Source of the DNA: Octopus vulgaris
Lineage: Eukaryota
DNA: 64,000 bases
Direction: 5' to 3'
Assembly (NCBI GenBank): GCA_951406725.2
Contig: OX597818.1
Coordinates: 92,752,001-92,816,000, forward strand
Below the pieces are notes generated by a model. The model was not told the DNA's origin and did not search any database. It saw nothing but the letters and a program-made list of their open reading frames with translations. The position numbers were made by a program, and so were the translations under genes. Shown one piece after another: positions 63,130 through 64,000 of this stretch (positions within the stretch are counted from its first letter, which is position 1; the number at the start of each line of letters is the position of its first letter).

Positions 63130-63193
63130 CACCTGATGAATGACTGTAACTCGAAAATTTAAAGAAATTAACAGCCATGAAACGATCGTAGTG
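63130..63193 (+). ncRNA. Type I hammerhead ribozyme (right arm)
   Basis: CAC-CTGATGA-ATGACTGT...ACAGCCAT-GAA-ACGATCGT-A-GTG; palindromic stem III, GUA triplet. Confidence 0.75.
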
Positions 63194-63316
63194 TTATATT
63201 AATTATATTTTTCTAATAATTTTGTTATATATTTAAATAATATAAATTAAATAATCTTATGTATTGGCTTAAGTTTTTCATTGTATGATTTGCCTAATAG
63301 TGGTTTTATCTCTAAT

Positions 63317-63347
<31 letters not shown>

Positions 63348-63581
63348 ACATCGCATCTATCCAGCCAGCTATACATCCATCAAAGACACGCCTCGTCCTC
63401 AGTCTGTCTTTCTATCTATATCTGGGTAGCATACCCGCCGCCCAGCCCCTCCAACGAAGATGTTACTTAATCCCAGGCTAACCCCTATTCACCTGACTAT
63501 CCTGTCTTTCACTAACGTAATACTTTATTTGTTCCACGTCCTCGCGTTGCTGTGTTTTTTTGTGTTTTCTTGTTTGGATTA

Positions 63582-63724
<143 letters not shown>

Positions 63725-63911
63725 ATGTGCTCCTCAATGTGTCCTCTTTTCAGAACACAGTAGGGTGTAATTTGTAAGCGATTTAGTTGCAATTTCTTGC
63801 ATGGCAGATAATCAGGCATGTATTTTACTACCTGTGTAGTATGCGCGCGTGTGTGTGTGTGTGTGTTGTTTTTTTTTGTGTGTGTTGTGTGTGTGTGTGT
63901 GTGTGTGTGTG

Positions 63912-63965
<54 letters not shown>

Positions 63966-64000
63966 TGTATGTATGTATGTATGTATATATGTATGTATAA

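Larger units (their letters stand above)
62835..63325. repeat. Near-perfect ~490-bp palindrome centred at 63080 (PLE remnant)
   Basis: Arms are reverse complements with one mismatch seen; flanked by (TA)n. Confidence 0.9.

Overview
Eukaryotic, AT-rich, microsatellite-dense genomic DNA. The tRNA-derived SINE and LINE content looks like an octopus (coleoid cephalopod); this is an inference. One host gene is reconstructable on the + strand: a three-domain gelsolin/severin-like actin-binding protein with 13 coding exons, ATG at 128, TAA at 47768, 360 aa, and all GT-AG introns in consistent phase. The rest is mostly transposable elements: an IR/DR Tc1 element with an open DD34E ORF, a nearly intact Penelope-like element (PLE, Naiad-like) with direct repeats, and RTE, CR1, CRE, R4-like, mariner, maT, Helitron, MITE and SINE copies. 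The main hidden signal is about 15 type-I hammerhead ribozyme motifs from about 8 distinct repeat families. They sit in PLE direct repeats, fold-back palindromes and a ~355-bp tandem array. Most have a palindromic stem III, and the core 3-8 pair covaries (C-G, U-A, G-C). All ribozyme calls were folded by eye and are untested. Repeat boundaries are approximate.
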